Positions 43,660 through 54,404 of a DNA stretch of 64,000 nt are shown piece after piece. Under the pieces are notes generated by a model that was not told the origin of the DNA, searched no databases, and was given only the letters and a program-made list of their open reading frames with translations. Made by a program: the position numbers and the translations under genes. The stretch covers positions 6,422 to 70,421 of the forward strand of contig CANFRA010000001.1 of NCBI GenBank assembly GCA_947449305.1. Reading direction: 5' to 3'. This DNA is from Burkholderiaceae bacterium. Lineage in GTDB: Bacteria; Pseudomonadota; Gammaproteobacteria; Burkholderiales; Burkholderiaceae. Each line of letters opens with the position of its first letter. Position 1 is the stretch's first letter.

Positions 43660-45279
43660 GTGAGCGCACAAAAAATTGCCCTAGTCCAAATGAACCCGAT
43701 GCTGGGGGATTTGGCTGGCAACGCTCAACTCATTCATAAAGCTGCTCAAGATGCCTTTAAGCAAGGCGCCAAACTCGTAGTCACTCCAGAGCTTGCGCTC
43801 ACTGGCTATCCCCCAGAAGATTTATTGCTCCGCCCTGCTTTTATTGAAGCAGCAAAGCAACAGCTTGATCTCTTAATGAAAGAGTTAGCCCAATACTCAG
43901 GTCTTACTGTAGTTGTAGGGCATCCCAAAAGTACATTAGCTGGTCTACAAAACTATGCCTCCGTTTTACAAAATGGCAAAGTGATTGCAGGCTATGCTAA
44001 ACAAGAATTGCCGAATCATGAAGTATTCGATGAAGTGCGTTACTTTATTCCTGGCAAAGAGGCCTGCGTATTTGAATGCGCAGGTATTCGATATGGCGTG
44101 ATTCTCTGTGAAGATGCATGGCATGCTGGCCCCGCCAAACAAGCGCATGCTGCAGGGGCTCAAGTTTTACTAGTTCCTAATGCATCGCCCTATCACCTGA
44201 AAAAAGAAGCCTTGCGTATTGATGTGCTACGCGAACATATAGTGCAAACTAAGATGCCTTTGATCTACGTTAATGCCGTTGGTGGTCAAGATGAATTGGT
44301 CTTTGATGGCGGATCATTTGCATTAAATAGTCAAGGCGATGTTGTGATGGCGATGCCCCAGTTCGAAACTGGCCTAGGCATTGTTGATATCAGTCCTAAC
44401 GGTCAACTAGAAAAAGGTCTCATTAGCCCACCCCAAAGCGTTGAGGCTCAAGCCTATCAAGCACTCGTTCTTGGTGTACGTGACTACGTTACTAAAAATC
44501 ATTTTCCAGGTGTCATCATTGGTCTATCGGGTGGCGTAGATTCTGCTTTAGTGTTGGCTGTTGCGGTTGATGCTTTAGGTGCTGATAAAGTCCGCGCAGT
44601 GATGATGGCTTCGCGCTATACGGCTGATATCTCCTGGATTGATGCTAGTGAGCTCGCCAAAAATCTAGGCGTGCAATATGACGAGATTCCCATTAGCGGC
44701 CCGGTAGATGCACTCGAAGCCTCTTTAGCAGATCAGTTCAAAGGCTTGAAGATAGACGCCACTGAAGAGAATATTCAGGCCCGTGTCCGGGGCACCCTAC
44801 TCATGGCTCTTTCTAATAAAACTGGACGCCTAGTTTTGACAACCGGCAATAAGAGTGAGATGGCTGTTGGCTATTGCACTTTGTATGGCGATATGGCTGG
44901 TGGCTTTGCGGTGATTAAAGATATTGCTAAGACTTTGGTGTATCGACTATGCGATTACCGCAACAGCATTAAACCCGTCATACCAAAGCGTATTTTGACG
45001 CGCGCCCCTTCAGCCGAATTACGCCCTGACCAAACTGATCAGGACAGCCTGCCTTCTTATGAAGTCTTAGATGCCATCGTAGAGCGCTACATGGAACAGA
45101 ATCAATCTATCACCCAAATCATTGCTGCTGGCTTTGATCCTGAGAGCGTAGAGAAGGTTACCCGCCTGATCAAATTAAATGAATACAAGCGTCGCCAAGC
45201 CCCTCCTGGAGTTCGTGTAACTACCCGGGCTTTTGGTCGCGACTGGCGCTACCCAATTACCTCACAATTTAGAGCCTGA
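43660..45279 (+). CDS. nadE: Glutamine-dependent NAD+ synthetase
   Basis: Nitrilase-type domain (PEL, K, CED) plus GLSGGVDS, ENIQAR, TGNKSE, PSAEL; GTG start at 43660. Confidence 0.95.
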   Translation: MSAQKIALVQMNPMLGDLAGNAQLIHKAAQDAFKQGAKLVVTPELALTGYPPEDLLLRPAFIEAAKQQLDLLMKELAQYSGLTVVVGHPKSTLAGLQNYASVLQNGKVIAGYAKQELPNHEVFDEVRYFIPGKEACVFECAGIRYGVILCEDAWHAGPAKQAHAAGAQVLLVPNASPYHLKKEALRIDVLREHIVQTKMPLIYVNAVGGQDELVFDGGSFALNSQGDVVMAMPQFETGLGIVDISPNGQLEKGLISPPQSVEAQAYQALVLGVRDYVTKNHFPGVIIGLSGGVDSALVLAVAVDALGADKVRAVMMASRYTADISWIDASELAKNLGVQYDEIPISGPVDALEASLADQFKGLKIDATEENIQARVRGTLLMALSNKTGRLVLTTGNKSEMAVGYCTLYGDMAGGFAVIKDIAKTLVYRLCDYRNSIKPVIPKRILTRAPSAELRPDQTDQDSLPSYEVLDAIVERYMEQNQSITQIIAAGFDPESVEKVTRLIKLNEYKRRQAPPGVRVTTRAFGRDWRYPITSQFRA

Positions 45280-45351
45280 AAATCGATTGTGGCGCTTGTT
45301 TTTAGCGTTATATTTGAGTTCTAGGTATGATTACTGTATTAGGGGGAATAA

Positions 45352-45690
<339 letters not shown>

Positions 45691-45715
45691 TCACCGCCTA
45701 AACTAGAACAGATTC

Positions 45716-46744
45716 TCAGCGCAACTGGGAATCTGTTGAAGCTGCAGGCTGACTGACTTCAGCAGCCTCCAAAATAATGGTCTTACTAGCACCACCCGCA
45801 CGCACCTTAGCGCCCTGGAAATATAAGTCCACTTGATTTAGACCTAATGTGAGCACTTTAAACGGTGGCTTGCCATAAATACTTGCCCCTACCCCAGGCT
45901 CCAACGTTTTATTTTGATTCTTACCTGAGGCATCAATCACACAAACGGTTTGTGCCGTCTTTGATTGCACATAAACCATATCGCCAGACTTTTTGGGAGC
46001 ATCAGGCTTATAAGTCACTGCCGATACATCCACCGCTGGACATTCTGTAGAAACAATCGCAGCAGGCGCCGCAGCTACTACTGGAATTGGGACTGTTATT
46101 GGTGCTGGTGCTTGTGCTGGTATGGCCGGCTTAGCCTCTTCTACAGCGGCACTGACTGGAGGGACCTCTTGGACCGCTTCCACCAGCACAATCTCTTCTT
46201 TAGGTGGCTCAGGGAAAAACAGTGGACGCAGATTAACTACTGCAAACGCGAGAGCTGCAGTAACGCCCAATAAAACAAAGAGTCTCTTTTGAGGATTCTT
46301 TTGTGTTACTGCTTTACTAGCTTCATGGGGTTTTGTCGGTTGAGGACTTTTGATGACAGATTTAGGTGTCTCCTCCACTTGCTGTGGTTTGGATTGTTTT
46401 TTTGGCGCCGGTGTTTTTTCTACGATCTCTACTTTTTCTACTTTTTTAGCAACGGGCTCTACTATTTTTTCAAGAATGATTTTTGCTGGCGGGACTTTCT
46501 TACCGAAATCAAAAGCATCCTCTTCTTTTAATTTGAGTAGGGCTGCAACTTTTTTTGCAGCAGTAAATTTGATTTGAGGACCATAGAAGGAACTCATTTC
46601 CCCATTTTCAATTTGCTCTATTTGACGCACAGAGAGGCAAGCCATGCCAGATAATTCTTTCGTGCTTAAGCCAAGACTTTCCCTAGCTTTAGTAAAAGCT
46701 TCTTTACGAATCTCTCCTAGCATTGATGGCTCATCCACAAACAA
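45716..46744 (-). CDS. RodZ-like protein (XRE HTH, TM, Pro/Ala linker, C-terminal beta domain)
   Basis: ARE..GLS..EL....CLS..QI..IE.G HTH; single TM; DUF4115-like end. Confidence 0.7.
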   Translation of the reverse strand: MFVDEPSMLGEIRKEAFTKARESLGLSTKELSGMACLSVRQIEQIENGEMSSFYGPQIKFTAAKKVAALLKLKEEDAFDFGKKVPPAKIILEKIVEPVAKKVEKVEIVEKTPAPKKQSKPQQVEETPKSVIKSPQPTKPHEASKAVTQKNPQKRLFVLLGVTAALAFAVVNLRPLFFPEPPKEEIVLVEAVQEVPPVSAAVEEAKPAIPAQAPAPITVPIPVVAAAPAAIVSTECPAVDVSAVTYKPDAPKKSGDMVYVQSKTAQTVCVIDASGKNQNKTLEPGVGASIYGKPPFKVLTLGLNQVDLYFQGAKVRAGGASKTIILEAAEVSQPAASTDSQLR

Positions 46745-46816
46745 TTATCTGTCTCTTATAAAAATAATAAAACTGATACTAACCCCAAAATGGTGCATCA
46801 GTAATTAGCCGCAAAG

Positions 46817-47455
46817 CTAATTACTCAAAGGGTGATTCCCCAAATCGGACTCTAGAAACTTCTTCACCAAACTTTGCAGTGAATCTGCATGCATCTTATC
46901 CATCACTCTAGCTTTATGGACCTTAATTGTGGCATCAGTGGTCCCTAATTTGACAGCAATATCTTTATTAAGGAGCCCCTTCACCAGCCAGCCGCAGACT
47001 TCACGCTCTCTTGGCGTTAGGCTCACGTAATCCCTTCTAGTTTCTACATCTTGAGAGACACGCTTTAACTGGAGCCTATCAAAATCAACCGCATCAGCTA
47101 CAGCCTTGAGCAATTCGTCCAAATTGAAGGGTTTAAATAAGAAATCGACCGCCCCTTTCTTGAGGCCTGAAACAATTTGATGGGGGTGACTTTGGCCGCT
47201 GACAAAGATAATGGGGGTCTTACGGCCCAATTTCAGCAATTTTTCTTGGAGATCTAGGCCTGTCATATCTGGCATCTGCATATCCAAGAGAATGACTGCC
47301 GGAGATACTGGGACTGACTTTTCTAGAAAAAGACTGGCTGAGGCGTAATCCTCCACCAAATACCCCAACTCACGAAGCATTCTCGCAAGCGAGATACGCA
47401 TCGATTCGTCATCGTCAATTAAGAAGATATGGCCCACTTTAGTCATTGAATTCAA
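46817..47455 (-). CDS. Orphan FixJ-family response regulator
   Basis: IDDD, LLDMQMP, KPF, LTPREREV, TIKVHKARVM.KM. Confidence 0.92.
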   Translation of the reverse strand: MNSMTKVGHIFLIDDDESMRISLARMLRELGYLVEDYASASLFLEKSVPVSPAVILLDMQMPDMTGLDLQEKLLKLGRKTPIIFVSGQSHPHQIVSGLKKGAVDFLFKPFNLDELLKAVADAVDFDRLQLKRVSQDVETRRDYVSLTPREREVCGWLVKGLLNKDIAVKLGTTDATIKVHKARVMDKMHADSLQSLVKKFLESDLGNHPLSN

Positions 47456-47677
47456 AGGGAAAAGTAATGATTTGCCTAATTTACAGCAGTAACTTACATC
47501 AAGCTATTAGCTTAATAGCTAATAATTACAATCTACCTCTATGAATTTATTCACTATTTCTTATTGCGTTGCAATATATTGATCCCTTTACCGCTACAAA
47601 TAGGATGCTTAGCCCTCAAGCAGTTCTCACGGCACAATAGAGCCTTTCGACACCAACTTTTTCTGGAGTAATAAAGC

Positions 47678-49372
47678 ATGAAACGCCTTAATGAACGCTC
47701 ACGTATGGTCACCGAGGGAGTCGCTCGCGCACCCAACCGCTCGATGTATTACGCAATGGGCTACAAGGAAAATGATTTCTCAAAGCCAATGGTTGGTGTT
47801 GCCAATGGTCATTCAACTATCACTCCTTGCAATAGTGGATTACAAAAATTAGCAGATGCGGCAGTCAATGCCCTAGAAGAAGCAGGCGCAAAGGCCCAGG
47901 TATTTGGCACCCCTACTGTTTCTGATGGTATTGGCATGGGTACTGAGGGTATGAAATACTCCCTCGTCTCACGTGAAGTGATTGCTGACAGCATTGAAGT
48001 TTGTGTCAATGGCCTTTGGCAAGACGGCGTGGTTGTGATTGGTGGTTGCGATAAAAATATGCCAGGCGGCATGATGGCCATTGCTCGCACTAATGTTCCA
48101 GCGATCTATGTTTATGGTGGCACGATTAAGCCAGGCCATTACAAAGGCAAAGAACTCAATATTGTTTCTGCCTTCGAAGCGGTCGGTGAATTTACTTCCG
48201 GCAGATTAAGCGCAGAAGACTTAAAAGGCGTTGAAGAGAATGCCTGTCCAGGTAGCGGCTCCTGTGGCGGCATGTATACAGCAAACACCATGAGCTCCTC
48301 TTTTGAAGCACTGGGTATGAGCCTGCCCTACTCCTCAACCATGGCAAACGTGGATGAGGAGAAAGTGGTTAGTGCTGCTGAGTCTTCTCGCGTGTTGGTT
48401 GAGGCGATCAAAAATAACTTACGCCCACGCGACATCATTACTAAAAAATCGATTGAGAATGCAGTCAGCGTCATCATGGCAGTAGGTGGCTCTACCAATG
48501 CAGTGTTGCATTTCTTGGCTATTACCAGTGCCGCTGAAATCGACTGGACGATTGATGACTTTGAACGCATTCGTAAGCGTGTTCCAGTCATTGTAGATAT
48601 GAAGCCCTCTGGTACTTATTTGGCCACTGACTTACATCAAGCCGGCGGCATTCCACAAGTCATGAAAATCCTTTTAGATGGCGGATTACTCCATGGTGAT
48701 TGCATGACCATCACTGGCAAAACGATTGCGGAAGTACTGAAAGACATTCCTTCGGTGCCACGCGCAGATCAAAAAGTCATTCGTACCTTAGATAATCCTT
48801 TGTATAAGCAAGGACACTTAGCGATTCTGAAAGGTAATATCTCCCCAGAAGGTTGTGTTGCCAAGATTACTGGCCTTAAGAATCCATCTATCACTGGCCC
48901 AGCCCGTGTATTTGATTCTGAAGATGATGCTATGGCAGCTATCATGGCCCAAAAGATTAAAGATGGTGATGTCGTCATCATTCGCTACGAAGGCCCTAAA
49001 GGTGGCCCTGGTATGCGCGAGATGCTCTCCCCCACCTCAGCTCTCGTTGGCCAAGGCCTAGGTGAGACTGTAGGCCTCATCACTGATGGTCGCTTCTCAG
49101 GTGGCACTTGGGGCATGGTAGTTGGTCACGTTGCTCCTGAAGCCTACGTTGGGGGCACGATTGCCCTGATCAATGAAGGTGACTCAGTGACTATCGATGC
49201 GCATAAGCTCCTCATCCAGCTGAACGTGAGTGATGAAGAAATTGCCAAGCGCAGAGCCGCCTGGAAACAACCTAAGCCACGCTATACCCGCGGCCTGCTT
49301 GCTAAGTACGCGAGCACTGCAAGTAGCGCAAGTAAAGGTGCAGTAACGGATTTAGATTTAGATTTAACGTAA
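47678..49372 (+). CDS. ilvD: Dihydroxy-acid dehydratase
   Basis: [35 protein letters not shown]. Confidence 0.97.
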   Translation: MKRLNERSRMVTEGVARAPNRSMYYAMGYKENDFSKPMVGVANGHSTITPCNSGLQKLADAAVNALEEAGAKAQVFGTPTVSDGIGMGTEGMKYSLVSREVIADSIEVCVNGLWQDGVVVIGGCDKNMPGGMMAIARTNVPAIYVYGGTIKPGHYKGKELNIVSAFEAVGEFTSGRLSAEDLKGVEENACPGSGSCGGMYTANTMSSSFEALGMSLPYSSTMANVDEEKVVSAAESSRVLVEAIKNNLRPRDIITKKSIENAVSVIMAVGGSTNAVLHFLAITSAAEIDWTIDDFERIRKRVPVIVDMKPSGTYLATDLHQAGGIPQVMKILLDGGLLHGDCMTITGKTIAEVLKDIPSVPRADQKVIRTLDNPLYKQGHLAILKGNISPEGCVAKITGLKNPSITGPARVFDSEDDAMAAIMAQKIKDGDVVIIRYEGPKGGPGMREMLSPTSALVGQGLGETVGLITDGRFSGGTWGMVVGHVAPEAYVGGTIALINEGDSVTIDAHKLLIQLNVSDEEIAKRRAAWKQPKPRYTRGLLAKYASTASSASKGAVTDLDLDLT

Positions 49373-49390
49373 TTAGTAGAGTCGAAAAAC

Positions 49391-49418
49391 AAAAGCCCCT
49401 AGATTTAGGGGCTTTTTT
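49391..49418. terminator. Bidirectional terminator between ilvD and the PCuAC gene
   Basis: AAAAGCCCCTA-GATT-TAGGGGCTTTTTT. Confidence 0.88.
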
Positions 49419-49445
49419 ATTACTTCAAGTAAAGAAACTCAATAC

Positions 49446-49913
49446 TTAGTGCTTCGCTGCTCCACCAGCTTGACCCATGGCATTAACTGGCATCTTTACT
49501 TCTACTTCGCCAGCCTTAGCAAACTTGAGTTTGACCGGAACAGATTCACCAGCAGTCAATGGAGCTTTGATATTCATAAACATGAGATGCAAGCCACCAG
49601 GCTTTAATTCAACAGAACCTCCAGCGGGCACAGCAATATCTTTTACCTGACGCATCTTCATCACATTGCCTTCCATTGCCATCTCATGTAACTGCACTTC
49701 ACCTGCAGCAGGCGAGCTTGCGGATAGCAATTGATCCCCACTGGTGCCCTTGTTCTCAATCTTCATAAAGCCACCAGCAACCTGTTGTCCAGGAACAGTG
49801 GCACGGGTATAAGCATGATCAACCTTGATTGAGCCTACTTTTGCCTCTTGCGCTTGTACTGAAAAACTAAAGCCTAAAGCCACCACTAATAACGCCAATG
49901 TATTACGTTTCAT
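49446..49913 (-). CDS. Periplasmic copper chaperone PCu(A)C
   Basis: Signal peptide; HEM....VMKM...L.PGGLHLM copper motif. Confidence 0.92.
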   Translation of the reverse strand: MKRNTLALLVVALGFSFSVQAQEAKVGSIKVDHAYTRATVPGQQVAGGFMKIENKGTSGDQLLSASSPAAGEVQLHEMAMEGNVMKMRQVKDIAVPAGGSVELKPGGLHLMFMNIKAPLTAGESVPVKLKFAKAGEVEVKMPVNAMGQAGGAAKH

Positions 49914-49934
49914 ATATACCCCTTTTAGTTAACC

Positions 49935-50366
49935 TTACACCCCGAGATATTTCTCGAGATCTTTTTCAAACTGCTCTTGCTTATTCATCACCACAAAAAA
50001 ACCGATGGGCACTTCTTTAGTCGAACTCTTGAGAGTTAAAGACGGTCTTCCAGTTCCGCTGCGATGCAGCTTTGTCCAAAGAGTATTTAACTCATCAATC
50101 TGCACTTTTCCGCCCCAACTTCTTTCTACAAAGAGCTGCTTATCAACAATCGTTATTTTTTCGTAATCCAAAGCATGTCTTGTGTAAACATACAAAGCTA
50201 TTGTTAGAGCCAGTATTTCAATCGAAGTAAAGATGATGATCATCCAAACACCAATGAACAAGAAATAACCTGCTATCAAGAGCGAAAAGCAAACGATCGA
50301 TAAATAGAAAAGTCCCACCTGTTTAGGCGAGAAGGAACAATTTCTTTTCATTAACCAAGTTCGCAT
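49935..50366 (-). CDS. DUF2244 family membrane protein
   Basis: W.MKRNCS.SP, two TMs, HA.DYE.I motif. Confidence 0.8.
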   Translation of the reverse strand: MRTWLMKRNCSFSPKQVGLFYLSIVCFSLLIAGYFLFIGVWMIIIFTSIEILALTIALYVYTRHALDYEKITIVDKQLFVERSWGGKVQIDELNTLWTKLHRSGTGRPSLTLKSSTKEVPIGFFVVMNKQEQFEKDLEKYLGV

Positions 50367-50405
50367 GCTTGCTTATGCCCAATTTGTATCAATGAATTCA
50401 TTTTT

Positions 50406-50882
50406 CTAACGGCTAGCAATAAGGCTAGACTGCAGCTGTTGAAAATTAATGAGTCCCGTTTTACGGGTCGCTCTACCATTTTTATCAATCAAAATTGTTG
50501 TTGGCGTCTCACCATGCCATTTGGGATCAATCTCATAACGCAAACGTTCATCAAAAGGTCCTACAACATAGTAATTATTGGCTTTTTCTAGGCCGGCCTT
50601 ACTCAACATCTTCTGCATACTCTCAGGCGTAACATCATCCACCTGAATAAAGATTACTTTTGCGCTTGGATTGCCCTTTAGAAAACTTCCCCAAAGCGGC
50701 ATCTCTTTCACGCAAGCCGGGCAAGTAACACCCCAAAAATGAATGGCTATTGGCGCACTATTGGCACTCTTCACTAGACTAGACCAGTCGCCAGCCTGAT
50801 AGGGCTTGAGCACTTGTTTATCCGCAAATGCAAGATGAGCGATGCCCATGGCAAGTACGAATGTGAGTAAATATTTTTTCAT
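50406..50882 (-). CDS. Periplasmic TlpA-like thioredoxin
   Basis: Signal peptide; HFWGVTCPACVKEMP; W.GE.P.T. Confidence 0.85.
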   Translation of the reverse strand: MKKYLLTFVLAMGIAHLAFADKQVLKPYQAGDWSSLVKSANSAPIAIHFWGVTCPACVKEMPLWGSFLKGNPSAKVIFIQVDDVTPESMQKMLSKAGLEKANNYYVVGPFDERLRYEIDPKWHGETPTTILIDKNGRATRKTGLINFQQLQSSLIASR

Positions 50883-52129
50883 TGCTGTTGTCCAAGCTTA
50901 ATCAATTGATAGCCATCATTTCTTGTTAGCCATGACAAAAAGACTGCATCACGTTTATTTACCAATAAAGGATGATCGCTGTATCCATTTGTTTTAGAAA
51001 TCAACTGCGGAGCACTCCACGTTTTTCCATCATCAGCAGATTGCTTCATGTAAACCAAAGAATATGTGCCATTAAACTCTTTCCAGGTTAGCCATACTTG
51101 CTGACCCAGGGCTAAAAGATAGGGTCGGGATACATTGGCACCTTCTGCTCCAATTCTAGCGGGCTTAGAATAGCTGAGGCCTTGATTGCTGGAGTTTGCA
51201 TAAAAGACGCCAGAGCGCTTGCCACCTTGCGTATACCAAGCTACGTGAAGTTTTCCGGATCCGGAAACTGCAATTGATGGGCCATGGTGCGGGCAGGCAT
51301 CTGTCTTCCACTCATCATCTGCTACCCTGCGAACTGGCTCAGCGCCCCTCGCAGAAATAACTTGGCTTGCCTGATCCCGAATACCTCCAGGAAATATCGC
51401 TCGATACACAATCACAGGCTGATTTTGAGGGTCAAGCGCTCCGCTAATTCGGCAGCATTCGCAAGTGCTTTCATTGGCAAATTGCTCTGCCTGGAATGTT
51501 TTTCCGCCATCACTTGAAAATGAGTACGCAATTGATCCACCTAAGCGCTTTACTCCACTCTGCTTTGCAGCCGCCACTAGTCGCTTATCAATCCAGGAAA
51601 TAAAAATAGAATTATCAGGTCTGATTAAAACTGAAGGGAAGCGTTGGCTAGAGCCATCTTGAACCAGGGATACTGGAGAGCTAAAGGTATTGCCACCATC
51701 AGTTGATCTAGCAGCATTAATTTGTGCATTCCAATTGGAGTCCTTGAAAAATGCGTAAGCTAAAAAGACATTATCCTGTTTATCAGCCACAATTTGAGGG
51801 CGTGCATCACTACCAGTGTCCAAGGATTTACCATGCTCTGCAATTTTGACGCTCGATGCCAATGTTTTACCGAGATCAGAAGACTGCCCTACTGATACCA
51901 CGCCATTCGCATTCCAAGCTAGTAGTAATTTGCCATCAGAAGAGAAAAAAGGAGTAGCCGCATTAGCGCAATCGAGTCCAGACCCCTGGCAAACATCCTT
52001 TTGCTTTACTGCTGCCATAGGACGTGAATGATCCATTTGTGCCTCTACTCGACCATGCAGACTAAGCACCCCTACAAAGAGAGCGCTTAAGACTGCCAGG
52101 CGGAATGATGAATGGAGATGAAATTTCAT
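50879..52129 (-). CDS. BNR/Asp-box (sialidase-fold) periplasmic protein with Cys/His motifs
   Basis: Repeated S.D.G.T(F/W) Asp boxes; CECC and CPHHGP motifs. Confidence 0.82.
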   Translation of the reverse strand: MKFHLHSSFRLAVLSALFVGVLSLHGRVEAQMDHSRPMAAVKQKDVCQGSGLDCANAATPFFSSDGKLLLAWNANGVVSVGQSSDLGKTLASSVKIAEHGKSLDTGSDARPQIVADKQDNVFLAYAFFKDSNWNAQINAARSTDGGNTFSSPVSLVQDGSSQRFPSVLIRPDNSIFISWIDKRLVAAAKQSGVKRLGGSIAYSFSSDGGKTFQAEQFANESTCECCRISGALDPQNQPVIVYRAIFPGGIRDQASQVISARGAEPVRRVADDEWKTDACPHHGPSIAVSGSGKLHVAWYTQGGKRSGVFYANSSNQGLSYSKPARIGAEGANVSRPYLLALGQQVWLTWKEFNGTYSLVYMKQSADDGKTWSAPQLISKTNGYSDHPLLVNKRDAVFLSWLTRNDGYQLIKLGQQQ

Positions 52130-52131
52130 GA

Positions 52132-54324
52132 TTAGAAGATGATACGTGCACCAACGGTAACCGACTGCGGCGAGCCTAATACATAGCTTGTATTGCTCGA
52201 TCCCGTGCCAAAAGTGATGTATTGGCGATTAAATAAGTTCACCGCAGAAGCATAAAGTGTTGCGTTTTTTGTAATTTCATAATTAGCTCGCAAACCTACT
52301 ACTGCATATGCTGGTACGGGTAACGTATTAGAGGTATTCATCCAGGAACTGCCTACATATCTAATAGTTGCTGTGAAGCTTGCTTGTGGCACAGGATAGT
52401 AAGTCAAGCCAGAACCAAAAATATTCTGAGGAACACCACCCAGTTGCTTACCAATCGGGTCACTCGTAGTACTCATAGTTAATTTAGTACTGGTAAATGC
52501 GTAGTTGATATCTGTGGCCCACTTAGAACTAATATCATGGTGAAACTGAAATTCAATACCTTGGCTAAGCAAATTTTGATTATTGGTGTAATAACTTAAG
52601 TTAGATGAGTTACAAATACCATAGCTAGACTGGCCAGTCCAGGTAGTTGAGGCTCCACATAACTGTTTTGCTAGTGCCTGATCTGTACTACTATTTTTAT
52701 TAAGCGAGTATGTAGCAACAGCACTCTGAATATAGTTGTTGAAGCCAGTCAACTGAGCAAAGCCGCCCTTCCACCGATAATCTGTTCCAACCTCATACCC
52801 CGTCATTGTCTCGGGAGTTAGATTAGGATTTGCAAAACTAAAACCGCTAGAAGAACCATAGGATCGCAAGGTGTTATTCAGGCCAGGAGCATGGAATGCT
52901 CGGTAAGCTGCTGAACGTAAATCCCAATTGCCGTTAACCTTGTATAACAAACCCAGAGTAGGACTCAGTTGGGTTTTACTTTGATTCGGAACATTTTGGT
53001 AAACAGGATTAGCAGCATTAGCGCCAGTGTTGTAATTTGTCGGAGTTTGACTATTCCATTGATCAATGCGAGCAGCGAAAGTAGTTTCGAGCGGAAATGA
53101 TTCAGCCCTAGACTTTAATTGCCCCATCAGGCCATAGAAGGTTTGCTGTCCCTGGGCATAATTTACTGCAGCAACCGTTCCATTGTTATTCAGATTATTA
53201 GTTAAATTAGACCCCGCAATATTGCGTGCATCCATACCAACTACGTACTGATCAACGACACCTTGCAACTCTTTCGTATATTGAGCTGACGCACCAACAC
53301 TGCTATATGGATCTTGATAATTTGCATTAATGTATGGGGTGTTAGCCGGGATATTGTTTGTTCTACTAGTAGTAGTCGAGCCATTTTGCTTATTAAAACC
53401 AGTGTTCTGATAGAAAAGATTGAGGTCTACCTTAGACCTATCTTCTAAGCGGGTTGTGGTTCCTCCCGCTAAATCAGCGCTTTGTCTGATATTGGTTGCA
53501 AATGCATAGCCTGAAGATAAATCTGACATAGTGCTATAGCCGGCACGAAAAAAGCCATTGGTATCAGGGCTAGCCTTAAAGTAGCCCTGAAGCCGCGTAT
53601 TTGAATTATGCGAGCTAGCGGGGCCCTGACCGTTTTTGATGCTATTAGAGGCTGCCGGAGAAATCGTGGCAATCCCCTGATAGCCATCAGTGGCAAAGTA
53701 ATCTGCCGAGAATCTTAACTGCAAAGCATCAGATGCAATTAAATCTTTTGATGCAGCGATATTACTCGTTCCAAATGAACCCATATTTCCTGAAACCTCT
53801 TGCTGACTATTGGCTGGAGTTTTGGTTTTAATATTAATCACGCCACCCATGCCATAGTTGCCCCACAAGCTAGATACGCCACCACGAATAAACTCCACTG
53901 AATCAATAGCAGACATAGGTACTAAATTCCATTGAACAGTGCCATAAAAGGCATCGTTCGCAGGTAAGCCATCAATCAATACCAGCGTTCTTGCATTTCC
54001 AAGGCCGCGCACATTAATACTTTGACCGGTTGGATCTTTTTGATAGTAAGGCGTGTCATTCAGAATCACGCCTGGGACATTCTTTAATATCTGATCTATT
54101 GTTTGATCTGGCGCTATCTCAAGCGCTTCTTTAGTCAAAATAGTCGTGTTGAGGGGTATCTCATCCAGGGGAGTGCCTGAGCGCGTAGCGCTGACCACCA
54201 CATCACTCAATTTTTGGTTGTAATCGGGCGGTGGTGCTATTTGAGCTTGCGCACTAGTACCGATCAGGATTAGGCCCGACAAGACACCTACACATGCGCT
54301 AATTTTCTTTTGCTTAAAAAGCAT
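52132..54324 (-). CDS. TonB-dependent outer-membrane receptor
   Basis: DVVVSATR TonB box, RGLG..RTLVLIDG plug, RGG.SSLWG..GMGGVINI, NLFN..Y, terminal Phe. Confidence 0.93.
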   Translation of the reverse strand: MLFKQKKISACVGVLSGLILIGTSAQAQIAPPPDYNQKLSDVVVSATRSGTPLDEIPLNTTILTKEALEIAPDQTIDQILKNVPGVILNDTPYYQKDPTGQSINVRGLGNARTLVLIDGLPANDAFYGTVQWNLVPMSAIDSVEFIRGGVSSLWGNYGMGGVINIKTKTPANSQQEVSGNMGSFGTSNIAASKDLIASDALQLRFSADYFATDGYQGIATISPAASNSIKNGQGPASSHNSNTRLQGYFKASPDTNGFFRAGYSTMSDLSSGYAFATNIRQSADLAGGTTTRLEDRSKVDLNLFYQNTGFNKQNGSTTTSRTNNIPANTPYINANYQDPYSSVGASAQYTKELQGVVDQYVVGMDARNIAGSNLTNNLNNNGTVAAVNYAQGQQTFYGLMGQLKSRAESFPLETTFAARIDQWNSQTPTNYNTGANAANPVYQNVPNQSKTQLSPTLGLLYKVNGNWDLRSAAYRAFHAPGLNNTLRSYGSSSGFSFANPNLTPETMTGYEVGTDYRWKGGFAQLTGFNNYIQSAVATYSLNKNSSTDQALAKQLCGASTTWTGQSSYGICNSSNLSYYTNNQNLLSQGIEFQFHHDISSKWATDINYAFTSTKLTMSTTSDPIGKQLGGVPQNIFGSGLTYYPVPQASFTATIRYVGSSWMNTSNTLPVPAYAVVGLRANYEITKNATLYASAVNLFNRQYITFGTGSSNTSYVLGSPQSVTVGARIIF

Positions 54325-54404
54325 TTACTTTCCCACACACAACATTACAGCAACCTATTTACATTGTTGCCAACTACATAGCTAGGCTATGCCCTAAAAA
54401 TTTC

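Noticed and set aside
47541-47582. Possible ilvD attenuator leader (MNLFTISYCVAIY)
   Set aside because: No run of Ile/Leu/Val codons and no terminator/antiterminator hairpins seen
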